This document shows, in pieces, positions 9,169 through 17,810 of a stretch of DNA of 64,000 bases. Position numbers and translations under genes: made by a program. Source of the stretch: Spirochaetaceae bacterium (GTDB lineage: Bacteria > Spirochaetota > Spirochaetia > Treponematales > Breznakiellaceae); contig JAITJI010000101.1 of the NCBI GenBank assembly GCA_031279015.1, positions 1,582 to 65,581 on the forward strand, given 5' to 3'. Numbering within the stretch: the first letter of the stretch is position 1; each line of letters opens with the position of its first letter. Below the pieces are notes generated by a model. That model saw nothing but the letters and a program-made list of their open reading frames with translations. It was not told where the DNA came from and searched no databases.

Positions 9169-12100
9169 ATGATCTGGTCCACCATTTTGTATTTTTTAAG
9201 TCTTCTGTCTATTTATATATGCATCTATACCGTATACAAGGGCAGAAACGGGCTTAAAGTGGCCTGGTGTCTTTTGTTAGTAGCCATTGATGTGGCTGCC
9301 TGGATTATTGGCGTTGTCATAGCCAGGGAAAAGTATTCCCTGCATATAGTCAATATTGGCATGAATATAACCGGAATTGCCATAGCTGCGGCATTCCCCC
9401 TGATGACTTTTTATCAGATCCGGATTAGTAAACAAAAAGTCCGCATGGCTTTCATCGTTCTGAAGGTTCAGATTGTTATCAGCATCCTCATTACCCTGTT
9501 GAATTTTGTCCAAAGATATTGGCGGGTAGAATTGATAAATGGAGACATGAACCTGGTAGTACAAAAAAATGCAACCTTTTACATTTTCCTGATTTACGGT
9601 ACAAGTTCCTATCTGATAGATTTTATTATCCTATACCTTGGATTTATGCACTCGGAATATAAACGGGATATCAGGCAGGCTATATACTGGTTCATCTACT
9701 TTGGCATTGCCATTGTTGCTCTGATTCTTTGGTTTTATTTCCCCGTCAGCCACAAATATATATGCTGTTTTGCGTTTTTTTTGCTGTTTCAAGCCTACAG
9801 ATACAGCCAGCGTTATTATGCTGTGATGTTTCCCTTGTCAAATCTTACGGAATATGTATATTCTATATTAAAAACGCCGCTTCTGGTTTTAAACCGGGAT
9901 GGAATAGTGCTTCTGGCCAACAACAGCGCCACTGTTTTTTTCAACAAAAACACCGGAGGACTGATCGGGACGGATATGCGTTCCCTGTTCGACTTTGATG
10001 GCGGGGAGCTGTATTTTTCAAAAACATTCCTGACGGGCAACAGGATCAGCAAATTTGATGCAACCGTCCTGAATAACGGTAAAAAATGTGAAATTGAAAT
10101 TACCTATATCTATGATAAATACAATGAATTTCTCAGCGCTATCTTTCTTATCAACGATATCAGCAACAGGATAAGCCTTATCAATGAACTGGAAGAGCAA
10201 AAGAGAAAGGCAGAATTGGCAAATAAGGCAAAAAGCGTCTTCCTGGCGAATACAAGCCACGAGATCCGCACTCCCATGAATGCTATTGTGGGTATGTCGG
10301 AACTAATACTGCGGGAAGAGATATCGTCGGAGGTTCGGGAATACGCCGTAGGCGTCAAACAGGCCGGCGCCAATCTTCTATCTATCATCAATGATATTTT
10401 AGATTTCTCCAAAATAGAATCGGGAAAGCTTGAGATTGTTCCCGGGATATATCATCTCAGATCCCTGATAAACGATGTAATATCCATTATCCGCGTAAAA
10501 CTCTTTGAAAAACCTCTGTCTTTTTTTGCAAATATCGATTCCACGCTGCCAAACAGCCTTATCGGAGACGAAGTACGGGTCAGGCAGATACTGTTAAATC
10601 TTTTGAGTAATGCAGTTAAATATACGGAGACGGGTTTTATCCATTTTTCAATTTCCGGCGAGCGGACCAAGATTGAAGGGGATACGGAGGGAATCATCCT
10701 GACCATAGCCGTATCGGACAGCGGGATGGGGATAAAAAAAGAGTATCTGGAGAATATATTCGGGGAATTTGTGCAGGTTGATATGACCACCAATAAGGGC
10801 ATAGAAGGAACCGGTTTGGGGTTGGCTATTACCCGGCAGCTTTGCCGTGCCATGGGCGGGGATGTTACCGTTTCCAGTGTCTACGGCGAAGGCAGTATAT
10901 TTACCGCCCGGATATCCCAGAGGATCGGCGGGGACGGGATATTTGCGATGGTGGAGCAGGCCGATGAGAAACCGGTACTGGTATACGAAAGCTGGCCCGT
11001 CCACAGGGAATCCCTTGCATGGTCTCTGGAGAATCTGGGGGTTCCCCATACTATGGTCTCCTCAAGGGATGATTTTGTCGAAGCCCTTAATAACTCGTCC
11101 TGGGCCTTTGTTTTTTTGGGTTACGATCTCTACGAGAGCCTCCGGGAGGTTGTGAATACGGCGAACCCCCGCCCATGCATAGTACTGCTGGCGGATTACG
11201 GAATGGATCCGGGGAATTATAGTCAATGGATGCTCTTTCAGCCGGTACATGTTTTATCTATTGCCAATATACTGAACAACAGGGGGGACAATCAGGATTA
11301 CACTGAACATAAGGAAGGGCCTATCAAATTTACTGCTCCTTCCGCCAGAGTTCTGATTGTTGATGATGTTATCACCAACCTCAAGGTGGCGGAAGGGTTG
11401 ATGGTTCCTTACCGGATGATCATTGATATCTGTAAAAGCGGCGCCGAAGCAATAGATCTGGTACAAAAGTATAGCTACGATCTTATATTCATGGATCACA
11501 TGATGCCCGGGATGGACGGGATTGAGGCGGCCAACATAATCCGCAGGCTGGAAGGAAATGATGCCTATTACCGGCATATTCCCATCATCGCCCTGACCGC
11601 CAATGCCATGTCGGGGATGCGGGAAATATTTATGGAGAAGGGTTTTAATGATTATCTGCCAAAGCCCATTGAGATATTTAAGCTCAATGAGATTCTGGAA
11701 CGATGGATACCGGCAGAGAAACAGACAATTAAAACCAGGAGTGAAACGGAGCGGAACAACGCGGACAGGCATTACCTTTCCTTTGCCCCCATACCGGGGA
11801 TCGATGTCGGCCGCGGTTTGATACTCTGCGGCGGTTCCGCGGAGAACTACAGGAAGATTCTCTCCTTGTACCAGAAAGATGCGGAAATGCGGCTTGACCA
11901 ATTGAGGAATCTTCCTGTTGCAGAAGACTTATCTCTCTTTATTACCCAGGTCCATGCCCTCAAGAGCGCGTCGGTGAGTATCGGGGCTATAGGACTGTCG
12001 GAACAGGCGGCTCATTTGGAGGAATTGGGGAAATCGGGGGATATTAGGTTTATCGAAGAGCGCTTAAGCCATTTTTGTACCGATCTGGAGGCCATAATCG

Positions 12101-12384
12101 GGGCGATCCGCACCGCAATGGAACATGATTCCCCGGAGAAAGAGCCTTCCGGCGTACCGGGTCTTCTCTCCGATGCGGAACGGGATGCATTGCTACGGCT
12201 CCGGGAAGCCCTGGAAACAGAGCACATAGGCAGAATAGACACCCTTCTAAATGAATTATCGGCTCTGCCGTTAGGCAAGGCGCTACAAGACTACCTGGAC
12301 GATGTTTCGGACAAGGCTCTTATCTCCGAATTTAAAGAAGCTATCCGGCTCATTGACAAATTAACCGGCGGTACGCAGACATAA
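9169..12384 (+). CDS. hybrid sensor histidine kinase: multi-TM N-terminus, PAS-like region, HisKA, HATPase, receiver-like spacer, REC, HPt
   Basis: 1071 aa. H-box SHEIRTPMNAI, G-boxes DSGMGI and GTGLGL, receiver [14 protein letters not shown]...ALTANA, and HPt VHALKSASVSIG. Confidence 0.9.
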   Translation: MIWSTILYFLSLLSIYICIYTVYKGRNGLKVAWCLLLVAIDVAAWIIGVVIAREKYSLHIVNIGMNITGIAIAAAFPLMTFYQIRISKQKVRMAFIVLKVQIVISILITLLNFVQRYWRVELINGDMNLVVQKNATFYIFLIYGTSSYLIDFIILYLGFMHSEYKRDIRQAIYWFIYFGIAIVALILWFYFPVSHKYICCFAFFLLFQAYRYSQRYYAVMFPLSNLTEYVYSILKTPLLVLNRDGIVLLANNSATVFFNKNTGGLIGTDMRSLFDFDGGELYFSKTFLTGNRISKFDATVLNNGKKCEIEITYIYDKYNEFLSAIFLINDISNRISLINELEEQKRKAELANKAKSVFLANTSHEIRTPMNAIVGMSELILREEISSEVREYAVGVKQAGANLLSIINDILDFSKIESGKLEIVPGIYHLRSLINDVISIIRVKLFEKPLSFFANIDSTLPNSLIGDEVRVRQILLNLLSNAVKYTETGFIHFSISGERTKIEGDTEGIILTIAVSDSGMGIKKEYLENIFGEFVQVDMTTNKGIEGTGLGLAITRQLCRAMGGDVTVSSVYGEGSIFTARISQRIGGDGIFAMVEQADEKPVLVYESWPVHRESLAWSLENLGVPHTMVSSRDDFVEALNNSSWAFVFLGYDLYESLREVVNTANPRPCIVLLADYGMDPGNYSQWMLFQPVHVLSIANILNNRGDNQDYTEHKEGPIKFTAPSARVLIVDDVITNLKVAEGLMVPYRMIIDICKSGAEAIDLVQKYSYDLIFMDHMMPGMDGIEAANIIRRLEGNDAYYRHIPIIALTANAMSGMREIFMEKGFNDYLPKPIEIFKLNEILERWIPAEKQTIKTRSETERNNADRHYLSFAPIPGIDVGRGLILCGGSAENYRKILSLYQKDAEMRLDQLRNLPVAEDLSLFITQVHALKSASVSIGAIGLSEQAAHLEELGKSGDIRFIEERLSHFCTDLEAIIGAIRTAMEHDSPEKEPSGVPGLLSDAERDALLRLREALETEHIGRIDTLLNELSALPLGKALQDYLDDVSDKALISEFKEAIRLIDKLTGGTQT

Positions 12385-12435
12385 TAAAGGAGCCGCAATT
12401 CAGATTCCGGAATCAAGGTTTATGCCCGTGATGCC

Positions 12436-12469
12436 TTGACGAAAGGTCCCGATTAGACACATAATGTGT
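12436..12469 (+). promoter_or_regulatory. candidate sigma70-type promoter of the rnf operon (TTGACG-N18-CATAAT), with palindrome ACACAT-a-ATGTGT overlapping the -10
   Basis: Hexamers and the 13-nt palindrome (12457-12469) were read directly, about 80 nt upstream of the rnfC start. Confidence 0.35.
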
Positions 12470-12548
12470 ATAAAAGCTTATAACTATTCAGGTGTTTTTC
12501 TGCGTTACTCATTCACAATTCAAACAGCTTGCGAAGGAGAGGTCACTA

Positions 12549-13976
12549 GTGACTGTTAGTACATTTAGGCGTGGATTACGCCTTCCCACCCGGAAACATG
12601 CCACTGAGGGGAAACCGGTGGAGCTTGCCCCGCCGCCCAAACAGGTGGTCATCCCTATTAATCAGCATTTCGGAGCGCCAAACAAAAGTCTGGTGAAGGC
12701 CGGTGACCGGGTCAAACGGGGCCAGAAGATCGCTGAAGGGGCGAATCCCGGACCAATGACCGTGCCGGTTCACGCATCTATCTCCGGGGTGGTTAAGAAG
12801 ATTGAGCCCCGGATTCAGGCAAATAACAGTATCGGGCCGTGTATTGTTATAGAATCGGAGAATCCGGCGGCTGAAGATTCAGATGTCTGTTTTATGGCCC
12901 CCCTGGATCCCTTTAGCTGTACCCGGGAGGAAGCCCTGAACCGGATTCGGGAAGCGGGACTCGTCGGAATGGGCGGGGCAGGTTTCCCCACCCACGTAAA
13001 GCTGTCCCCGCCGCCGAACAAGCCAATCGATATCATCATCGCCGACGGAGCGGAGTGCGAACCCTACCTTACCACCGATGAGGCGGTAATGACCGAAAAG
13101 CCCAACCTCCTTGTACTGGGGCTTGCCATTGTTATGAAGATAACCCGGGTAAACCGGGCAATCATCGGAATGGAGGACAACAAGGTCCGGCTTATCCCCC
13201 TGATAGAACGGGAAGTCCGCCTTGGGGCTTGGCCGGGGAACATTTCCGTGGGACTTTGCAAGACTCGCTATCCCCAGGGGGGTGAAAAGATGCTCATCAC
13301 CGCCCTGACCGGGCGGGAGGTGCCCGCAGGAGGGCTGCCCATGGACGCTGGTTGTATCGTCCAGAACGTGGGGACCCTGGTGGCTATTGCCGAAGCCTTT
13401 ACCCTGGGGAAGCCCCTGATCGACCGGGATCTGACCGTAAGCGGCGGGGCCTGTAAACTGCCAAAAAATATCCGGGTCCCCATTGGAACCTTCCTCACGG
13501 ATCTACCTGTAGAATTTATGGACATAGACTACAGTATACTGCAGAAGGTCCTCTTTGGGGGTCCTATGATGGGGAATGCCGTTCCCATGGCAGCCGTTCC
13601 AATTCAAAAAAACACCTCCGGTATCATCCTGATGACCGCCGAAGAGACCACCATCGATCCGGAAGGACCCTGTATCCGCTGCGGCCGGTGTATCCGAAAC
13701 TGTGCATGCCGGCTTTCTCCGGCAATCATGAACCATGCCCTGGAGGCGGGAGATTTGGATTATGCGGTGACCGCCGGGCTTTTGGATTGTATTGAATGCG
13801 GAAGCTGTACCTATATTTGTCCCGCCCGAATCAAGCTGGTGCAACGGTTCCGAATTGGAAAACAGCGGCTGCGGGCCAGACAGGCGGCGGTTCAGAAAGC
13901 GGCGGCTGAAAAGGCAGCCCAGACTGCTCAAAAGGCGGCGGAGCCTGCGGCGGCTTTATCGGCGGCAAAACAATAA
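12549..13976 (+). CDS. rnfC: Rnf electron transport complex subunit C
   Basis: FRRGLRLP...IPINQHFGAPN...GMGGAGFPTHVKL, plus two CxxCxxCxxxCP ferredoxin motifs. The GTG at 12549 follows GAAGGAGAGG; the track start at 12492 is probably too far upstream. Confidence 0.9.
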   Translation: MTVSTFRRGLRLPTRKHATEGKPVELAPPPKQVVIPINQHFGAPNKSLVKAGDRVKRGQKIAEGANPGPMTVPVHASISGVVKKIEPRIQANNSIGPCIVIESENPAAEDSDVCFMAPLDPFSCTREEALNRIREAGLVGMGGAGFPTHVKLSPPPNKPIDIIIADGAECEPYLTTDEAVMTEKPNLLVLGLAIVMKITRVNRAIIGMEDNKVRLIPLIEREVRLGAWPGNISVGLCKTRYPQGGEKMLITALTGREVPAGGLPMDAGCIVQNVGTLVAIAEAFTLGKPLIDRDLTVSGGACKLPKNIRVPIGTFLTDLPVEFMDIDYSILQKVLFGGPMMGNAVPMAAVPIQKNTSGIILMTAEETTIDPEGPCIRCGRCIRNCACRLSPAIMNHALEAGDLDYAVTAGLLDCIECGSCTYICPARIKLVQRFRIGKQRLRARQAAVQKAAAEKAAQTAQKAAEPAAALSAAKQ

Positions 13977-13988
13977 AGGAGTTTTTTT

Positions 13989-15020
13989 ATGGCAGAAAAC
14001 GGGCAGTCTCTGCTCTTGGCTTCTAGTCCTCATATTGTCTCGCCGGTAAAAATTCGGCAGCTTATGGCTCATGTGCTCATCGCTCTGAGTCCGGTGGCGA
14101 TATTCGGTGTGGTCCTCTTCGGGCTGCCGGCGCTTCTCACCATCCTCGTTTCGATCATTGCGGCCATGGCGGGGGAAGCGGTTTTCCGCTGTATCACACG
14201 CCGGGACATTCATGTCGGAGACCTCTCTGCGGCGGTAACGGGGCTCCTCCTGGCCCTGGTGCTGCCCCCTTCAACCCCCCTGTGGATGACCGCCCTGGGG
14301 GCTGTCTTTGCGGTTATTGTGGCAAAGGAATTCTTCGGTGGCTTGGGGGCCAACGTGTTTAATCCCGCCCTTATCGGCAGGGCTTTCCTCCTGATGAGTT
14401 TCCCCGCAGCCATTACCACCTGGCACCGGCCGGTTGGCTTTGGGACCCCCCTTACCGATGCGGTAAGCGGTCCAACCCCCCTGCGGATCATCAAGATGGG
14501 AGACACCCTGGCTGATGTGGGACGGGACTTTGTTGATGCGGGACTCGCCTCCGCCGATGGATACTGGTCAATGATAAAAACCCTCTTTATCGGCCATCAT
14601 GGGGGTTGTATCGGGGAAACATCGATCCTCCTGATCCTGGCGGGGGCCTTTTACCTCCTGATCACTAAAACCATTGACTGGCGGGCTCCGGTGGCTATGA
14701 TCGTCGCCACCTGCATCTGCGCCGTCCTGCTGGGGCTGGACCCCCTGTTTACCATTTTAAGCGGAGGAGCGCTTTTTGGCGCTGTATTTATGTGTACCGA
14801 TTATGTATCGGTCCCCATGACCGCATCGGGAAAACTGATCTTTGGGGCTGGAGCGGGGATCATCGCGGTACTCATCAGGAAATGGGGGAGTTATCCCGAA
14901 GGCGTATCCTACGGAATCCTGATAATGAACGCCCTGACTCCCTTCCTAAACCGGCTGCTCCAGAAAAAATATGGTTTTGTACCGAAAAAGAAGGCTCCGG
15001 CCGGGGGGGCGGCGAAATGA
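13989..15020 (+). CDS. rnfD: Rnf complex subunit D
   Basis: 343 aa polytopic protein. Contains SSPHI and the flavinylation-region motif TDAVSGPTPL, typical of RnfD/NqrB. Confidence 0.9.
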   Translation: MAENGQSLLLASSPHIVSPVKIRQLMAHVLIALSPVAIFGVVLFGLPALLTILVSIIAAMAGEAVFRCITRRDIHVGDLSAAVTGLLLALVLPPSTPLWMTALGAVFAVIVAKEFFGGLGANVFNPALIGRAFLLMSFPAAITTWHRPVGFGTPLTDAVSGPTPLRIIKMGDTLADVGRDFVDAGLASADGYWSMIKTLFIGHHGGCIGETSILLILAGAFYLLITKTIDWRAPVAMIVATCICAVLLGLDPLFTILSGGALFGAVFMCTDYVSVPMTASGKLIFGAGAGIIAVLIRKWGSYPEGVSYGILIMNALTPFLNRLLQKKYGFVPKKKAPAGGAAK

Positions 15021-15637
15021 ACGTAAAGGGAATGCTGCGGCTGGGGCTCACCCTGGCGCTTTTCGCTACCGCCGCCTGTGTGGGGCTTGCCTTTGTGTAT
15101 ACCGGTACTGCACAGGTAATCGCCGAACGGCAGCGGACGGATCTGGACGCCGCCCTGCGGGATCTCTTCCCCGATGCCGACAGCTTTACGGATATAACCG
15201 GGACCATCCAAAGTCCCGATCCACTGGTGATTTTTGAAAGCCAATACGCCGCACTGCGGGGACAGGATCTTATTGGCGTTGCGATACGCAGTTCCCGGGG
15301 CAGTTATGGAGGTCCTATCAAGGTGCTGACAGGAATAGAAACCGGCGGCAGGATCAGCCGGGTCAGAATCCTGGAGCATAGCGACACCCCGGGACTCGGC
15401 GCCAATGCCGCATCCCCCGCCTATTTTGTAGATAAGGCCGCTAAACTGACCTTTTACGGCCAGTTTAGCGGTAAAACAGTAAGCGACCCCTTTGAGGTGA
15501 AGAACGATGTGGCGGCGGTCACCGCCTCCACCATCACCAGCGAAGCCGTTACCGATTCGGTTAGGGCCGCCGGCAGCGCTGCCTCTGCATGGTTTTCCGC
15601 AGAGGAGGTTGCCAAAAACCCAGGAGGTTCCCGATGA
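15017..15637 (+). CDS. rnfG: Rnf complex subunit G (FMN-binding)
   Basis: The start MNVKGMLRLGLTLALF overlaps the rnfD stop (ATGA). Contains HSDTPGLG and AVTASTITS, the FMN-binding threonine context. Confidence 0.85.
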   Translation: MNVKGMLRLGLTLALFATAACVGLAFVYTGTAQVIAERQRTDLDAALRDLFPDADSFTDITGTIQSPDPLVIFESQYAALRGQDLIGVAIRSSRGSYGGPIKVLTGIETGGRISRVRILEHSDTPGLGANAASPAYFVDKAAKLTFYGQFSGKTVSDPFEVKNDVAAVTASTITSEAVTDSVRAAGSAASAWFSAEEVAKNPGGSR

Positions 15638-16383
15638 AACCCGGAATCCAACGCTCCTTCAGGATCTTTACCAACGGCATTGTTCGGGAGAATCCCCTTC
15701 TGATGCTCATGATCGGCCTCTGTTCTGCCCTGGCGGTGACTACTGCGGTGGTAAATGGAATCGGCATGGGCCTCTCTATGACCTTTGTGCTCCTCATGTC
15801 GGAACTGGTGATCAGTATCTTCCGGAGGCTCATTCCGGATTCGGTACGGATCCCCATATTTATCATCATCATCGCCGCCTTTACCACGGTGATCGACTAT
15901 GTTCTCAAGGCCTGGTTCCCGGATCTGTCCAAGGCGATGGGGGTTTTTATCCCCCTCATTGTGGTGAACTGCATCATCATGGGTCGTGTAGAGGGTTTTG
16001 CCTCCAAACAGCCAATTTGGGACGTGATCCCCGATGCCTTGGGCATGGGATTGGGTTATACCTGGGTGCTTACGGGTATTGCCCTGATCCGGGAACTCCT
16101 GGGGAACGGGACCATCCTGGGATTCGGCGTTTTGCCGGATTCCTACAGTCCTATCCTGTTTTTTGTTTTGCCCCCCGGCGGCTTTTTTGTGTTTGCCCTC
16201 TTTATCAGCCTGAATCTCCTTATCAAAAAACGGCTTAAAGAGCCGGCGGTCCTTCCCGGGGAAGAATCGTCCGCCGCAGGTCCCGGGGCGGAATTGTCCG
16301 CCGCAGGTCCCGAGGCGGAATTGTCCGCTGCGGAATTGTCCGCTACGGGAGCCGCTGCTCTGCCGGCAAAGGAACAGATATGA
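15634..16383 (+). CDS. rnfE: Rnf complex subunit E
   Basis: MKPGIQRSFRIFTNGIVRENPLLMLMIGLCSALAVT. ATGA overlap with rnfG. Carries an unusual repeat-containing C-terminal tail. Confidence 0.9.
   Translation: MKPGIQRSFRIFTNGIVRENPLLMLMIGLCSALAVTTAVVNGIGMGLSMTFVLLMSELVISIFRRLIPDSVRIPIFIIIIAAFTTVIDYVLKAWFPDLSKAMGVFIPLIVVNCIIMGRVEGFASKQPIWDVIPDALGMGLGYTWVLTGIALIRELLGNGTILGFGVLPDSYSPILFFVLPPGGFFVFALFISLNLLIKKRLKEPAVLPGEESSAAGPGAELSAAGPEAELSAAELSATGAAALPAKEQI
16264..16347 (+). repeat. in-frame tandem repeat: two 27-nt units followed by 15-nt partial units, encoding (E)LSAAGP(G/E)A repeats in the RnfE tail
   Basis: gaatcgtccgccgcaggtcccggggcg / gaattgtccgccgcaggtcccgaggcg / gaattgtccgctgcg / gaattgtccgctacg, read directly. 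Confidence 0.8.
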
Positions 16384-16955
16384 ACCTTTTTAAGATATTT
16401 ATCTCCGCGTTCCTTATCGATAATGTGATCCTCATGCGTTTCCTGGCCCTCTGTCCCTTTATCGGGATGAGTACCGACGAGGATAAATCCATTGGTATGG
16501 GGCTGGCGGTAACCTTTGTTACCGTCCTGGCCACCTGTGTTACCTGGCCGATCTACCGCTTCATCCTGGAGCCCCTGGGTCTGGTATTCCTGCAGATTCT
16601 GGTCTTTATTCTGGTGATCGCATCCCTGGTTCAGCTTGTGGAATTCTACCTGAAAAAGACCTCCCCCGGTCTCTATCAGGCTATGGGGATATACTTCGCC
16701 CTGATCACAACCAACTGCGCCATCCTGGCGGTAACCTTTGATGTAATCTCCGATAACTATAACTTTATCGAGGCGGTGGTATACGCCCTGGGGGCGGCTC
16801 TGGGTTTCGTGATCTCCCTTCTCCTTCTCGCGGGGATCCGCCGGCGGATACGGATAAGTCCAATTCCGGCTTTTTTGAAGGGCACCCCCATATTGTTTGT
16901 CTCGGCGGCTCTTCTTTCCATGGCTTTTATGGGCTTTTCCGGCCTGGTTAAGTGA
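16380..16955 (+). CDS. rnfA: Rnf complex subunit A
   Basis: 191 aa. FISAFLIDNVILMRFLALCPFIGMS is a typical RnfA/NqrE N-terminus. ATGA overlap with rnfE. Confidence 0.92.
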   Translation: MNLFKIFISAFLIDNVILMRFLALCPFIGMSTDEDKSIGMGLAVTFVTVLATCVTWPIYRFILEPLGLVFLQILVFILVIASLVQLVEFYLKKTSPGLYQAMGIYFALITTNCAILAVTFDVISDNYNFIEAVVYALGAALGFVISLLLLAGIRRRIRISPIPAFLKGTPILFVSAALLSMAFMGFSGLVK

Positions 16956-16983
16956 TGCTTTTGCAAGTAATTGAGGATATACT

Positions 16984-17799
16984 ATGAGCGTTGTTTTATT
17001 AACTATGGTTTTTGCCGCCATTCTGGCTTTTATTTTGGGCTCCACCCTTGGTTTTTTTCGGGAATTCTTTAAGGTTGAGGAGGATCCCCTGATCGGTACG
17101 ATCCGGGAGGTCTTGCCGGGGGCAAACTGCGGGGCCTGCGGGTTCCCGGGTTGTGATGCTTACGCTACAGCCATAACTTCGGGACAGGCGGAGATCAACA
17201 AATGTTCCGTAGGAGGCAAGGAGACGGCGGAAAAACTCTCCGCTATCATGGGGGTAAAGGTCTCAATGGTGCCTGTGGTGGCGGTATTGGCCTGTCAGGG
17301 CTCCCAGGAACATGCCCCCCTCAAGGGCAACTATACGGGCATTCCCAGTTGCGCCGGGGCAAAACTCTCCGCCGGAGGAACAAAACTCTGTGCCTGGGGT
17401 TGCCTGGGCTATGGGGATTGCACTGCGGTCTGTCAATTCAACGCCCTAAGCATGGGGGAAAAGGGGTTGCCCCGCGTAGATTATACCAAATGTACGGGGT
17501 GTAAGCTCTGTATCGCCGAATGCCCCCAGCAGCTCCTCCGGGAAGTTCCCCGGGAAAGGCAGGGCGCGGCGGTTCTCTGCTCCAACCGCAACCAGATCAA
17601 GGCGATGGTCCTTAAAACCTGCAAGAAAGGCTGTATCAAGTGCGAACTCTGTGTCAAAAACTGTCCGGAAAAATGTATTGCCATGGAAAACGGCATTCCC
17701 CTGGTGGATTATACAAAGTGCAGTTCCTGCGGAACCTGCATTTCCAAATGTCCCACCAAGGCCTTTGTTTTGCTGCAGGATACTGTTTTTCCGGCATGA
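16984..17799 (+). CDS. rnfB: Rnf complex subunit B (polyferredoxin)
   Basis: N-terminal TM segment, then the LPGANCGACGFPGCDAYA motif and several CxxCxxCxxxCP clusters. Confidence 0.9.
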   Translation: MSVVLLTMVFAAILAFILGSTLGFFREFFKVEEDPLIGTIREVLPGANCGACGFPGCDAYATAITSGQAEINKCSVGGKETAEKLSAIMGVKVSMVPVVAVLACQGSQEHAPLKGNYTGIPSCAGAKLSAGGTKLCAWGCLGYGDCTAVCQFNALSMGEKGLPRVDYTKCTGCKLCIAECPQQLLREVPRERQGAAVLCSNRNQIKAMVLKTCKKGCIKCELCVKNCPEKCIAMENGIPLVDYTKCSSCGTCISKCPTKAFVLLQDTVFPA

Positions 17800-17810
17800 T
17801 GTATCGTTGA

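Noticed and set aside
12403-12414. Palindrome GATTCCGGAATC just after the hybrid kinase 1 stop; it contains two GANTC sites
   Set aside because: It has no loop, so it is not a terminator hairpin. A single occurrence cannot support a link to the CcrM-like methylase 47 kb away.
12495-12530. Rex-like half-site TTCACAA upstream of rnfC
   Set aside because: The left arm (TGCGTT) does not match TGTGAA, so the inverted repeat is not convincing. The ACACAT-a-ATGTGT palindrome at the -10 is the only symmetric element there and is listed only at low confidence.
16143-17045. 300-aa minus-strand ORF
   Set aside because: Antisense to rnfE, rnfA and rnfB, all of which have unmistakable family signatures and translational coupling.
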